NCBI GenBank assembly: GCA_905479015.1
Contig: CAJQKV010000009.1
Location: forward strand, 7,187-71,186
DNA from: an uncultured Cyclobacteriaceae bacterium
GTDB lineage: Bacteria; Bacteroidota; Bacteroidia; Cytophagales; Cyclobacteriaceae
Direction of reading: 5' to 3'
DNA length: 64,000 nt
Shown piece by piece: positions 28,740 through 38,319 of the stretch. A program made the translations under genes and the position numbers. The notes beneath the pieces are model-generated. The model was not told the DNA's origin. It saw only the letters and a program-made list of their open reading frames with translations, and made no database searches. How positions within the stretch are numbered: the stretch's first letter is position 1; every line of letters starts with the position of its first letter.

Positions 28740-29922
28740 GTTTTAATCTTCTTTTTTTGTGAGCTTCTACTACGTAATAATCAATTAAGGGAGCGAATAC
28801 ATTCATAAAGAGTATCGCCAACATAATGCCTTCAGGATAAGCCGGGTTAGAAATTCTAATGATTACTGTAAGCACACCAATCATGAATCCATAAATCCAC
28901 TTGCCTGTCTCCGTTTGCGCAGCGGATACCGGATCGGTAGCCATAAACACCGCTCCAAAAGCCAATCCTCCAACCACAAGATGGTAATGTGCCGGCAGCA
29001 ACATGAAACTATTCGTACCTGCTAAATTATATATCATTCCCATCACCCAAGCACCTCCAAATACGGATAAAATAATCTTCCAGCTGCCCACACCCGTGAG
29101 GACTAATATGGCGGCGCCGATTAAGCACATAAGGACTGAAGTTTCACCAATGCTTCCGGGTATGACCCCCAAAAATAAATTCCAAAAATCAAACATTCCT
29201 GCGTACCAATGCCCACCTAGGCCCGCCATCATCTCTGTGCCATTCGCTGCTGCTGCAGATCCATAGGATAACAAGGTGGCTCCCGAAAATCCATCAACAG
29301 CCACTTGATCTCCTAAATAAGTCCAGACCATATCTCCTGATATTTGAGAAGGGTATGCAAAATATAGGAATGCACGAGAGGTCATCGCAACATTAAGGAT
29401 ATTCATCCCCGTACCTCCAAATACCTCTTTGGCGATGATAACGCCGAACACGGTCGCCATAGCCACTTGCCACAAAGGAATGGTTGCAGGCATGACCAAC
29501 GGAATTAAAATTCCTGTCACCAAGAAGCCTTCTTCAATGGGATGATTTCTAATGACACAAAAAGCGAACTCTACTCCCAAACCTACCCCATAAGAAACGA
29601 TTAAAATGGGCAAAACTTGTCCTGCTCCCAATAAAAATTTACTTAGAAAAGTCGCATCAACCACCCCAGTAGCTAGGAAATGTTGATGACCTACATTCCA
29701 CATCCCAAACAGCAAACAAGGAATTAAGGCAATAATTACAGTAAACATGACGCGCTTTAGATCCGCAGCATCTTTGACTTGAACTCCTGTAGGTCCTGTG
29801 GTGAGACTCGGCTTAAAAAAAATTGTCCTATGACCTTCGTATAAGGTATGTAATTTTTCATATTTAGCACCCTTCTCGACGTGAGGTTTGATGCTATCAA
29901 ATAAATTTTGTAATAATTTCAT
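28726..29922 (-). CDS. nqrB: Na+-NQR subunit B
   Basis: 398-aa polytopic protein. FMN-attachment motif 'GFSGATLLS'. 14-nt overlap with nqrC. Confidence 0.92.
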   Translation of the reverse strand: MKLLQNLFDSIKPHVEKGAKYEKLHTLYEGHRTIFFKPSLTTGPTGVQVKDAADLKRVMFTVIIALIPCLLFGMWNVGHQHFLATGVVDATFLSKFLLGAGQVLPILIVSYGVGLGVEFAFCVIRNHPIEEGFLVTGILIPLVMPATIPLWQVAMATVFGVIIAKEVFGGTGMNILNVAMTSRAFLYFAYPSQISGDMVWTYLGDQVAVDGFSGATLLSYGSAAAANGTEMMAGLGGHWYAGMFDFWNLFLGVIPGSIGETSVLMCLIGAAILVLTGVGSWKIILSVFGGAWVMGMIYNLAGTNSFMLLPAHYHLVVGGLAFGAVFMATDPVSAAQTETGKWIYGFMIGVLTVIIRISNPAYPEGIMLAILFMNVFAPLIDYYVVEAHKKRRLKRATI

Positions 29923-29925
29923 TAA

Positions 29926-31287
29926 TTAGCTATTTCGAATGAGTTCAATTCCTTCCCGTACAATGGCTTGAATGTCGTTTTTAGAGACATCTATATATTC
30001 ACACAAGGCCACATCTTCTTCAATGACTTCGTAAATCCCCAGCGCTTCCATTTCATCGTAATCGTTTGAAATGATCGACTTAAATAAATAAGTAGGCAGA
30101 ATATCCATGGGTAAAATTTTCTCGAAAGCGCCAGAGATGGTGAAATTTCTTTGTTCACCATTGGTGTTGGTATCTAATACCTTTTCTTTTTTGGGGTTTA
30201 AAAAAGAAAACAAACCAAAAGCTTTGTGAAAACTTAACTTCTTAAAGCTTGGCAACATCCAACCCAGAAATTCCTCTTCATCTCCTTCTGGAATAACCGA
30301 TATCTGATTATGGAAATGGCCCAAATACCCACGAGCACCTACATGTTCGCCGCTCAGTACATTTCCTGAAATAAATCTAGCATTCGTTTTTTTGAAATTT
30401 TCAGCCACTAGTTTATCCAAACAAGCCCCTGAATAAGTCTTGACATAATGTGGATGAATTATTTCGGAGCCCGTAATGGCAATCAACTTTGAAGCGTCAT
30501 AAATGCCCTTCGAAAATAAAGTTCCTATTCGCGCAACTGACAGCGGGTCGATGGTCCAAACCTTATCATTTTTGCCAATCGGCTTAATGTGATGTATTTG
30601 TACGCCAACATTTCCAGCTGGATGCGGACCTGAAAATTTATTGATGTTCACCTGCTCCATACCACTGAAAACGCTTGGTATTTCAGAAGCATCCAAATTC
30701 AAGTGTATGTTTCCTTTGGCTAACTTGTTTAAAACATCAATTCCCAACTGAAAAACCCCTTCTTTCCTGCGCAATAGATAAGCCATATCGGGTGCACAAG
30801 GGTTTGAATCAAATGCCGAAATGTAAATAGCAGAAGGTTCATCTGATGGATTGGCCAATACGCCAAAGGGTCGTTGGATAAACGAGGGCCAAATGCCGCT
30901 GGCGGTTAAAGCAGCTATTGCTTCCGCTCTCGTCAGATTATTGATGTCTGTTTTTGTGTATTTCTTAAAGACCTTGTACTCAACCTCTTTATCGGCTAGA
31001 ATGCGGATTTCAATAATTTTTCTTCTTTCACCTCTTATAATCTCACTGATTTCCCCACTCACAGGTGCAACAAAGAGCACCTCCTCACTTCCTTTGTCAA
31101 AAAATAGTGGGGCCCCTGCCTTCACGTTTTCACCAACCGATACGAGCAGCTTTGGCTGTACTAAGCCTTTGAAATCACTGGGTTTAACAGCAAAAGAATC
31201 AGGCTGACTGATCTTGTGCTCTTCTAGAAGAGCACGGCCGGCCAAAGGAATGTTAAACCCTTTATTTAAATGAAATGTTTGAGGCAT
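29926..31287 (-). CDS. nqrA: Na+-NQR subunit A
   Basis: I place the start at the internal Met 'MPQTFHLNKGFNIPLAG' (ATG at 31287). The 26-codon extension in the ORF track covers a TATTTTTG -7 box at 31322-31329 and is not NqrA-like. Confidence 0.9.
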   Translation of the reverse strand: MPQTFHLNKGFNIPLAGRALLEEHKISQPDSFAVKPSDFKGLVQPKLLVSVGENVKAGAPLFFDKGSEEVLFVAPVSGEISEIIRGERRKIIEIRILADKEVEYKVFKKYTKTDINNLTRAEAIAALTASGIWPSFIQRPFGVLANPSDEPSAIYISAFDSNPCAPDMAYLLRRKEGVFQLGIDVLNKLAKGNIHLNLDASEIPSVFSGMEQVNINKFSGPHPAGNVGVQIHHIKPIGKNDKVWTIDPLSVARIGTLFSKGIYDASKLIAITGSEIIHPHYVKTYSGACLDKLVAENFKKTNARFISGNVLSGEHVGARGYLGHFHNQISVIPEGDEEEFLGWMLPSFKKLSFHKAFGLFSFLNPKKEKVLDTNTNGEQRNFTISGAFEKILPMDILPTYLFKSIISNDYDEMEALGIYEVIEEDVALCEYIDVSKNDIQAIVREGIELIRNS

Positions 31288-31321
31288 GAATATAGCTTTA
31301 TGATCTCCTTCAAGATTTCGA

Positions 31322-31329
31322 CAAAAATA
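31322..31329 (-). promoter_or_regulatory. Bacteroidota -7 promoter box (TAnnTTTG) for the nqr operon
   Basis: The minus strand reads TATTTTTG, 35 nt upstream of the preferred nqrA ATG. Confidence 0.45.
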
Positions 31330-31411
31330 ATAATAAATCTTTAAAAAAATAAGGTAACAAGTCAACTAAATGCTTTTAATCACTTAATAAAAAATAATAA
31401 GTCTGATCCGC

Positions 31412-32284
31412 TCAACGCAATAAATAATTGGACACTTGCTCCATCAACCAATTCGGAGTGGAAGTCGCTCCGCAAATACCTACGTGATCAGTGTGCTTCA
31501 GCCATTCCGCCTTAATTTCATGCTCATTTTCAATAAAATAACTGCGCGGATTTTGTTTCAGGCAAACTTGATAAAGTGCCTTTCCATTCGAACTTTTTTT
31601 ACCAGATACAAAAAGAATTACATCGTGTTTTTTAGAGAATTTTTCTAATTGAGGCTCTCGATTAGATACTTGTCGACAAATACTATCATTTGCCTTAAAT
31701 TCACCTTCAATGAGTTGCCCTTTTTCTTGTTTTATACGACCTTCAATGAGCGACTTCATCTGATAGAAGCCCTTAGTGCTTTTTGTGGTTTGACTGTACA
31801 GGATAATGGGCCTAGACCAATCGATGGCCTCTAGATCTTTTTCCTCCATCACCACAATCGCCTCATCATTGGTTTGACCAATCAGACCGATCACCTCAGC
31901 ATGTCCTGGCTTACCGTAAATGACTACTTGCCCATTTTTTTCTTTGACTTGATCAAAAGAATTTTTCACTCTGTTTTGAAGCTTGAGTACTACCGGACAA
32001 GACGCGTCAATCAACTCAATATTGTTGGCCAAAGCTAGTTTATAGGTCTCGGGAGGCTCGCCATGTGCCCTTATCAATACCTTAGCATCATGAATTTTCT
32101 TTAGATCTTCATGATTAATTATTTTTAGACCTTTCGCCTCCAGACGCGCCACTTCCATACTGTTGTGCACAATATCCCCCAAGCAATATAAAGTTTCTCC
32201 ATGATCCATTTCATCCTCAGCCATCTGAATGGCAAATTCAACACCGAAACAATAACCTGAATTAATGTCTATTTCAACCCTCAT
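31412..32284 (-). CDS. ispH: 4-hydroxy-3-methylbut-2-enyl diphosphate reductase
   Basis: 290 aa. The three cluster-ligand Cys contexts are 'SGYCFGV', 'DASCPVV' and 'NDSICRQV'. Confidence 0.93.
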   Translation of the reverse strand: MRVEIDINSGYCFGVEFAIQMAEDEMDHGETLYCLGDIVHNSMEVARLEAKGLKIINHEDLKKIHDAKVLIRAHGEPPETYKLALANNIELIDASCPVVLKLQNRVKNSFDQVKEKNGQVVIYGKPGHAEVIGLIGQTNDEAIVVMEEKDLEAIDWSRPIILYSQTTKSTKGFYQMKSLIEGRIKQEKGQLIEGEFKANDSICRQVSNREPQLEKFSKKHDVILFVSGKKSSNGKALYQVCLKQNPRSYFIENEHEIKAEWLKHTDHVGICGATSTPNWLMEQVSNYLLR

Positions 32285-32957
32285 AAATAATTTTATTGGC
32301 TAAGTCTATGATTTGCTTTACTTGATCATCAAAGGTAAGATAGCTACTATCCAATGCAATTGCATCCGCTGCCTTGACCAATGGACTATCTATTCTCGTA
32401 GTATCTAAATGATCTCTTGAGGCAAGGTTTTTTTTAATCTCTTCTAAATTAACTTGAATTCCTTGCTCCTCAAGTTCCTTCTGTCGACGCTTGGATCTGA
32501 TATCCAAATCGGCGGTCATAAATATTTTAAGGGCGGCATCAGGAAACACCACCGTACCTATGTCTCTCCCATCCATTACCATACTTTTATGCAGCCCCAG
32601 AGCTTGTTGCCTACTGACTAATTTTTTTCTAATCAAGGGCTGGGCCGCAATTTGACTCACAATTTCATTAATTTCTGGCAGCCTGATTTGATGATCCATG
32701 ATTTGACCATTTAACAAAATTTCTGAAGCATTCAGCGCCTTATTGAAACGGAAAGAGATTAAAATCTCATCTAACGCCACAATCACTTTTTCTTCCTCTT
32801 CAAAATCGATTTGATGATCTATGAAATAGCGAGCAACACAACGGTACATCGCACCTGAATCAATATAGGTATATCCCAAAGCACTGGCTACCTCTTTGGC
32901 GGTTGAACTTTTTCCTGTACCCGAAAAACCATCGATCGCTATGACAATATCCCCCAT
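32274..32957 (-). CDS. cmk: (d)CMP kinase
   Basis: P-loop 'IAIDGFSGTGKSS'. I prefer the ATG at 32957 ('MGDIVIAIDG'); the ORF track starts 2 codons earlier at a TTG. 11-nt overlap with ispH. Confidence 0.92.
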   Translation of the reverse strand: MGDIVIAIDGFSGTGKSSTAKEVASALGYTYIDSGAMYRCVARYFIDHQIDFEEEEKVIVALDEILISFRFNKALNASEILLNGQIMDHQIRLPEINEIVSQIAAQPLIRKKLVSRQQALGLHKSMVMDGRDIGTVVFPDAALKIFMTADLDIRSKRRQKELEEQGIQVNLEEIKKNLASRDHLDTTRIDSPLVKAADAIALDSSYLTFDDQVKQIIDLANKIIYEG

Positions 32958-33118
32958 CAGCAATCCTTGACAGGGCAGTTAGATTTGCCTGGCTTCATTT
33001 TACCTTTGTAGCGCTGTTGACCCGGATTATTTTTACAACTTTCCAAAGGAGCTACAACCCATATTAACAACAAAAGGGTGGCCAGATAAAAACCGTATTT
33101 TTTTAAAGAATATCTCAT
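32957..33118 (-). CDS. Unannotated 53-codon putative lipoprotein ORF between fabD and cmk
   Basis: Below the ORF-track size cut-off. My translation is MRYSLKKYGFYLATLLLLIWVVAPLESCKNNPGQQRYKGKMKPGKSNCPVKDC*. It has a basic N-terminus, a hydrophobic core and an 'LESC' lipobox-like site. Its ATG overlaps the fabD stop (TAATG) and its TGA overlaps the cmk ATG (TGATG). Confidence 0.55.
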   Translation of the reverse strand: MRYSLKKYGFYLATLLLLIWVVAPLESCKNNPGQQRYKGKMKPGKSNCPVKDC

Positions 33119-33990
33119 TAAAAACTATTTACCTGCATTTCTCGATTTACTTTTTTAATCAGCCCTTGTAAAACATTGCCTGGACCTGACTCATAAAAAG
33201 AAGTCGCTCCATCTTTAATCATCTGTTCTACACATTGGGTCCATTTTACCGGAGAAGTCAATTGCGCTATGAGGTTAGACTTGATCCCCAAAACATCTGT
33301 ATTCCCTTTTGCATCCACATTTTGATAAATCGGACATCTTGGGAGCTTAAATTCAGTAGCTGCGATGGCTTCTGCCAACTCAGTACGAGCCGGTTCCATT
33401 AAAGGTGAATGAAACGCTCCGCTAACCGGAAGAAGTAATGCCCGCTTGGCACCCGCCGTTTTCATACCTTCACAAGCCAAATTAACTGCTGCTATTTGAC
33501 CCGAGATCACCAATTGACCCGGGCAATTGTAATTAGCTGCAACCACAACTCCTTCAGTTTCAGCACAAATCTCTTCGACCTTCTCATCGGCAAGTCCAAT
33601 AATTGCGGCCATCGTTGAAGGTTCTTGTTCGCAGGCCTTTTGCATGGCTAATGATCGCTGCGCGACCAATCTCAATCCATCCTCAAAATCAAGCACCCCA
33701 TTGGCCACCAAGGCTGAAAATTCTCCTAAGGAATGACCTGCTGTCATTTCTGGTGAAAAATTATCCTTACTCAACGCATTGATTATACTATGTAAAAATA
33801 CAGCTGGCTGAGTTACTTTGGTTTGTTTTAAATCTTCTGGTGTCCCCTCAAACATGATTTGGGTAATCTCAAAGCCCAGTATTTCATTGGCTCGTAAAAA
33901 ATATCTTTTTGCTACGGGATTTGTCGCAAACAATTCTTTGCCCATTCCAGGATACTGTGCCCCTTGACCGGGAAATACAAATGCGCGCAT
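33118..33990 (-). CDS. fabD: Malonyl-CoA:ACP transacylase
   Basis: 290 aa. Contains 'FVFPGQGAQYPGMG' and the active-site 'GHSLGEFSALV'. Confidence 0.95.
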   Translation of the reverse strand: MRAFVFPGQGAQYPGMGKELFATNPVAKRYFLRANEILGFEITQIMFEGTPEDLKQTKVTQPAVFLHSIINALSKDNFSPEMTAGHSLGEFSALVANGVLDFEDGLRLVAQRSLAMQKACEQEPSTMAAIIGLADEKVEEICAETEGVVVAANYNCPGQLVISGQIAAVNLACEGMKTAGAKRALLLPVSGAFHSPLMEPARTELAEAIAATEFKLPRCPIYQNVDAKGNTDVLGIKSNLIAQLTSPVKWTQCVEQMIKDGATSFYESGPGNVLQGLIKKVNREMQVNSF

Positions 33991-34036
33991 AGGTTATCTT
34001 TAAACTTTAATTTGGTGCAAATCTAGCAAGGATGGA

Positions 34037-34459
34037 TCAATCCAAAAACCTTTGTGCAAGTTCTGGAGTAGGTATTTTGCATTTTTCCTGTCGCCCAAAC
34101 CATAAATATCTGTTTTTAGCAATCAAATCATAAAAGTAATCGGTAATTACAGAAGGTAAAAAACCAAAAACATAAATCCATCTCCACTTCCATGAAAAGG
34201 ACTCAGCAACTTTAAATACTGCGGCACTCTTTTGAAACACTTGATGGTCTACAAACAAGTAAAGGGTATTCATCTCCAAGCTCGCTGCAGGTAGATTGTT
34301 CTTTAATAATATTTTTTGAGCAAACTGGGACTGTAAAGAGGCAAATTTATAATGGTTGAGTGCGTCTTGATCAATGATAAAGCTCACTGCTCCGATGCAA
34401 AGATTACATACTCCGTCGAACAACAATACCGGCGGATCTATTTGAGTAGTTGAATCCAT
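34037..34459 (-). CDS. DCC-family (DUF393) putative thiol-disulfide oxidoreductase
   Basis: 140 aa. N-terminal 'LLFDGVCNLCIGAV' is the DxxCxxC signature of the family. 22-nt overlap with the upstream T9SS cargo gene. Confidence 0.75.
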   Translation of the reverse strand: MDSTTQIDPPVLLFDGVCNLCIGAVSFIIDQDALNHYKFASLQSQFAQKILLKNNLPAASLEMNTLYLFVDHQVFQKSAAVFKVAESFSWKWRWIYVFGFLPSVITDYFYDLIAKNRYLWFGRQEKCKIPTPELAQRFLD

Positions 34460-37299
34460 CCTTTATAGGTTTTTTTCTGTTGGCCACTCGGCAATACATC
34501 AAAGGTTACTTCTGAGACATAAAAATATACGCCTGTGGCCAGCGGTGAACCCGCGTTGTTTTTTCCATCCCAATGGATAAATATCGATGACTCTTTTTCG
34601 TACTGAAGGTCAAAAACCTCTTTGCCTGTTCGATCGAAAACCTTGAAGGAGACTGCTAATATGAAGCGAGGACAATTAGAGTTCTCGAAACCCAAATCCG
34701 ATCCTCCCGTGTTGTAGAGCGGTGTAAAGGTATCATTGAAACCATCGCCGTTGGGCGAAAAAGCATTGGGCAGATTAAACTGAGGACAATTATCGATGCA
34801 ACTCGTATTTGAAAAATCGCTTTCATTCAATGACCGATCCACCGCCGTGATGCGATAACAACCTTTAAAAGAATTTAATATTAGGTGCTGATAGCTGGTT
34901 TCTACCGTACTATCGAGCAAATAAAAATCTTGGTCCAAGCCCGTAGGACTGAAATAAACTCGGAAATAGATCACATCATCATCACATTGCGTGCTCTCAT
35001 TCTCCACCCATGAAATCATATTTTCATAAGTCACCTCCAAACAATCAGCCGTATCATCGCCGGACACGCAATCATAAAGATTAGAGACTGAAACTCCCAA
35101 AGGAGCGCAAGGAGCTATGTTGTCATTGGGCTGTGCACATACTACTTGTGAGTTATTAACCAAGGGAGCGGGTAATATCGGATTATCATACCCCCCATAA
35201 GTAGTGAGGGCATAGCAATAAATCAATTTGTCATCCAGTACCGTATTATTAAAGCGGCCGTCATCCAAGTAATTAAATCCATTTTCTGAAATTTTTACCG
35301 AATCAATCAGGATCATTAGATCAGGATTGCTCATGTTCACACGGTCTCGGTAAACATAATGATAAGGATAGGTCAATATATTGTTTGACCAAGGCACATT
35401 GGCTTGCCATGAAAGTTCGACGGCACTCAAAAGGGGCTTTGCGCTTAATTTAACTGAGGAAGCCACTGCAGAAGAATCTATAAATACATTGTTGGCATCA
35501 AATAAAGCAATCCGATAGGCATAGGCATAGTCTACGGTATTGAGTTCAAACTGATCTGTAAACAAAGTATCCGATATTTTTTCAGCAACCAATACTTCGT
35601 CATTTAAGTAGAATCCTGAAGACCTGTAAAGCGAATACGCGTACGGAGCGGGGAAGGTTATTGCATCAATCTCATAGGGTGGTGTCCAATCTATTTTAAT
35701 CCGCCCATCTTCTGAAGTTTCCAGTACATCAACATGGGTAATTACCGGTGCATCAGTGTCTAGTATCAAACATACTTCTTCAGAAATATAACTGGTCCCA
35801 CGACCAGGATTTGGGAACTGCGCTACAATTCGATAGCAATAGTTGGCTCCCGGAGCCAGCCTGTCATCAATGAATACAGTCTCTGAAGCAGGTATTTTTG
35901 CCATTAAACTATAGCCAGAATAGGCAGGCATGCCTACTTCACAATCATCCACATTTAAATCAAAGTCCCCCACACGTCTCCAAATTTCTATTTCGCTGGC
36001 ATTACTGCAGACATAATCATCCCAGGAAAGTTCGATTGACCTTCCTGACTTAGGCACTAGAGCCAACCCTTGCGGGGCAGGCCCCACTATGGTGATTTCC
36101 CAAGTACCGAACTCGGTCAACGTCGGACCCACTTTAATGTTATTCTCGATCGGATTATCTGCCACTTTGAATTGCACCTCATAGGCCCTTTCTCTTACAT
36201 GACCACAAAAAGTGTTCCATTCAAAATTTAATTTTCCTGGCGTATCTTGAAAGGTCGCTGGAAAAGAATTAGGACTTCCATAGGTTGCCGGTGAATTGAT
36301 TTCAAATGGTCCTCCAAAAGCTTCTATTTTCACCTGATGACCGTCTGGATCTGTACCCACTATAGCCTGCAACACCTGATCTCCAGCCGTCACACAAATC
36401 GGATCTGGAATTTCTAGTTCAGGTTTTTCATTGTCTCCCTCATAGACGATGATCTGCATGTCTCGTGTAACATAACCCAAACGATACCATTTTCCTCCTA
36501 TTTGTCTCCACTCCTCAATCCTAAAAGCGACATTATATTCTGCACATTCAGACACCCCATCTGGGCAATCTGATGATTCTAAATTAAAAATATCTCCCGG
36601 AGCATCCCAAATAAGATCCCCATAAGCCGCATCTAAGTCTAAAGTAGGAGGCGTTAAATTTTCACTGCCTTGACCAAAATTGGCATAAAAGTCAGGGTGA
36701 TTCAGCGGTCTATAAAGGACCACTTCGGAATTTTTTGCCATTTTGGGGATTACCAAATAATAGGCAAGACTGTCTCCATCAATGTCAAAAGCGCCTGCAT
36801 TGTGTATAAACCGGGCACCGGGAATCCCTTCATCAATGGGTGGCACGGTCAATATAGGCGTGTTATTGACACCGAAAAAAGGATCTATAATGATGAGAGT
36901 TTCGGTATAAAACGGAGTATTTAGAGAATTTTCCATATTGGAAATGCCTCCATTTCTATTGTCCTCGGAATAACTCACAATGTAGCTGTTGGGTGCTTGA
37001 TACGTATGGACCAAAGTAAACTCTGCACGCACAATATTGGCCGTTATTTGAGTTTCTAGCACATTAAATGCTCCCTCTCCGGAAATCACTGTACCATCAC
37101 CAAAATCAAACTCCCCTCCGCCAAATTCAATATTAGTATCGGTATCTCTGTATCCAATAAACGTAAATTCGTATTCAAAGGTCAGGTTACTGGTCCTACG
37201 TGCGATCACTTCTCCCGCTCTGATGTGCGAGGCATTGACCGCTTCAAAGCAAAAAAATTGTATTAAAAAAAAGGCTCCTAAAAATTTAATAAAATTCAT
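34438..37299 (-). CDS. Large secreted/cell-surface protein with a T9SS type-B (gliding-motility-associated) C-terminal sorting domain
   Basis: 953 aa. Signal peptide followed by 'SHIRAGEV'. The C-terminus reads 'LPNAFSPNGDGFNDTFTP...VFDRTGKEVF...WDGKNNAGSPLATGVYFYV...GWIQLLK', matching the TIGR04131-type domain as I remember it. Confidence 0.85.
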   Translation of the reverse strand: MNFIKFLGAFFLIQFFCFEAVNASHIRAGEVIARRTSNLTFEYEFTFIGYRDTDTNIEFGGGEFDFGDGTVISGEGAFNVLETQITANIVRAEFTLVHTYQAPNSYIVSYSEDNRNGGISNMENSLNTPFYTETLIIIDPFFGVNNTPILTVPPIDEGIPGARFIHNAGAFDIDGDSLAYYLVIPKMAKNSEVVLYRPLNHPDFYANFGQGSENLTPPTLDLDAAYGDLIWDAPGDIFNLESSDCPDGVSECAEYNVAFRIEEWRQIGGKWYRLGYVTRDMQIIVYEGDNEKPELEIPDPICVTAGDQVLQAIVGTDPDGHQVKIEAFGGPFEINSPATYGSPNSFPATFQDTPGKLNFEWNTFCGHVRERAYEVQFKVADNPIENNIKVGPTLTEFGTWEITIVGPAPQGLALVPKSGRSIELSWDDYVCSNASEIEIWRRVGDFDLNVDDCEVGMPAYSGYSLMAKIPASETVFIDDRLAPGANYCYRIVAQFPNPGRGTSYISEEVCLILDTDAPVITHVDVLETSEDGRIKIDWTPPYEIDAITFPAPYAYSLYRSSGFYLNDEVLVAEKISDTLFTDQFELNTVDYAYAYRIALFDANNVFIDSSAVASSVKLSAKPLLSAVELSWQANVPWSNNILTYPYHYVYRDRVNMSNPDLMILIDSVKISENGFNYLDDGRFNNTVLDDKLIYCYALTTYGGYDNPILPAPLVNNSQVVCAQPNDNIAPCAPLGVSVSNLYDCVSGDDTADCLEVTYENMISWVENESTQCDDDVIYFRVYFSPTGLDQDFYLLDSTVETSYQHLILNSFKGCYRITAVDRSLNESDFSNTSCIDNCPQFNLPNAFSPNGDGFNDTFTPLYNTGGSDLGFENSNCPRFILAVSFKVFDRTGKEVFDLQYEKESSIFIHWDGKNNAGSPLATGVYFYVSEVTFDVLPSGQQKKTYKGWIQLLK

Positions 37300-37528
37300 A
37301 GTTAATAAACTCCACTACCCTCATTTATTCTAAAATAAATGCTTTTAATCCTTTGAAATTATATTGAATCTAACCCCAGCCTCATGGCTGTCAAAATAAA
37401 AATATTTTTTTGAAGAAAGTACAGTGCAAGAATAAGGCCAAAAACGATATAAATGAGTTGAAGAAAGGCTAAAATATCATCTTTGTCTGAAATTGCCTGT
37501 TAAAGTGAAATCAAATTAGCCTAGATCA

Positions 37529-37559
37529 TTGGAGGATAACTAATCTGAATATAACTTTG
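37529..37559 (+). promoter_or_regulatory. Putative sdhCAB promoter (-33 TTG, 20-nt spacer, -7 TAACTTTG)
   Basis: TTG lies at 37529-37531 and TAACTTTG at 37552-37559, 38 nt upstream of the sdhC ATG. This fits the Bacteroidota TTG-N19-21-TAnnTTTG consensus. Confidence 0.5.
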
Positions 37560-37596
37560 GTTTTAACCTGATAAAATCTAAAATTAAATTAGCACA

Positions 37597-38253
37597 ATGA
37601 GTTTTATATCGAGTTCAATCGGAAGAAAAGTAGCGATGTCACTCTCTGCCCTTTTTCTTATCTCTTTTCTGCTACTGCATGTGGCTATTAATTTGTTATC
37701 AGTGGTAAGTGCCGAAATGTATAACGAAGCCTCACATTTTATGGGCACCAACCCAATCGTACAATTTGTCATGCAACCGATTCTTATTTTAGGGGTTTTA
37801 TTCCATTTTATCATGGGTTTTGTACTGGAATTTCAAAATAAAAGTGCGCGACCCGTCAAGTATGAAATGAAAAATGATCAAGGAAATTCCAGTTGGCTTT
37901 CTAGAAACATGATCTATTCGGGATTGGTCATTTTGGCTTTTTTAGGACTGCATTTCTATGATTTTTGGCTCCCTGAAATCCAATATAAGTATATTGAATT
38001 CCAAGCCCCAGATGAACATAGATATTTTGCTGAATTGGTACATAAATTTGAAAATCCGACTCGGGTTGGGTTTTATGCCGTCTCTTTCATTTTATTGATG
38101 ATGCATTTATTGCACGGTTTTCAGTCAGCATTTCAATCTTTGGGAGTCAATAATAAGTTTACACCCGGTATTAAAAAGACGGCTTGGGCCTTTTCAGTAG
38201 TCGTCCCATTGGCATTTGTATTTATTGCACTGTTTCATCATTTCAATCACTAA
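37597..38253 (+). CDS. sdhC: Succinate dehydrogenase/fumarate reductase cytochrome b subunit (single membrane-anchor type)
   Basis: 218-aa polytopic protein with conserved His residues in TM helices ('LLLHVAINL', 'LFHFIMG', 'GLHFYDF', 'MMHLLHG'). Directly precedes sdhA and sdhB. Confidence 0.88.
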   Translation: MSFISSSIGRKVAMSLSALFLISFLLLHVAINLLSVVSAEMYNEASHFMGTNPIVQFVMQPILILGVLFHFIMGFVLEFQNKSARPVKYEMKNDQGNSSWLSRNMIYSGLVILAFLGLHFYDFWLPEIQYKYIEFQAPDEHRYFAELVHKFENPTRVGFYAVSFILLMMHLLHGFQSAFQSLGVNNKFTPGIKKTAWAFSVVVPLAFVFIALFHHFNH

Positions 38254-38319
38254 ATCCAAATGCTCAACAATCGTATATGATGCTGATTTTTGAACTAAAA
38301 CACATTAAGTAATACTGAC

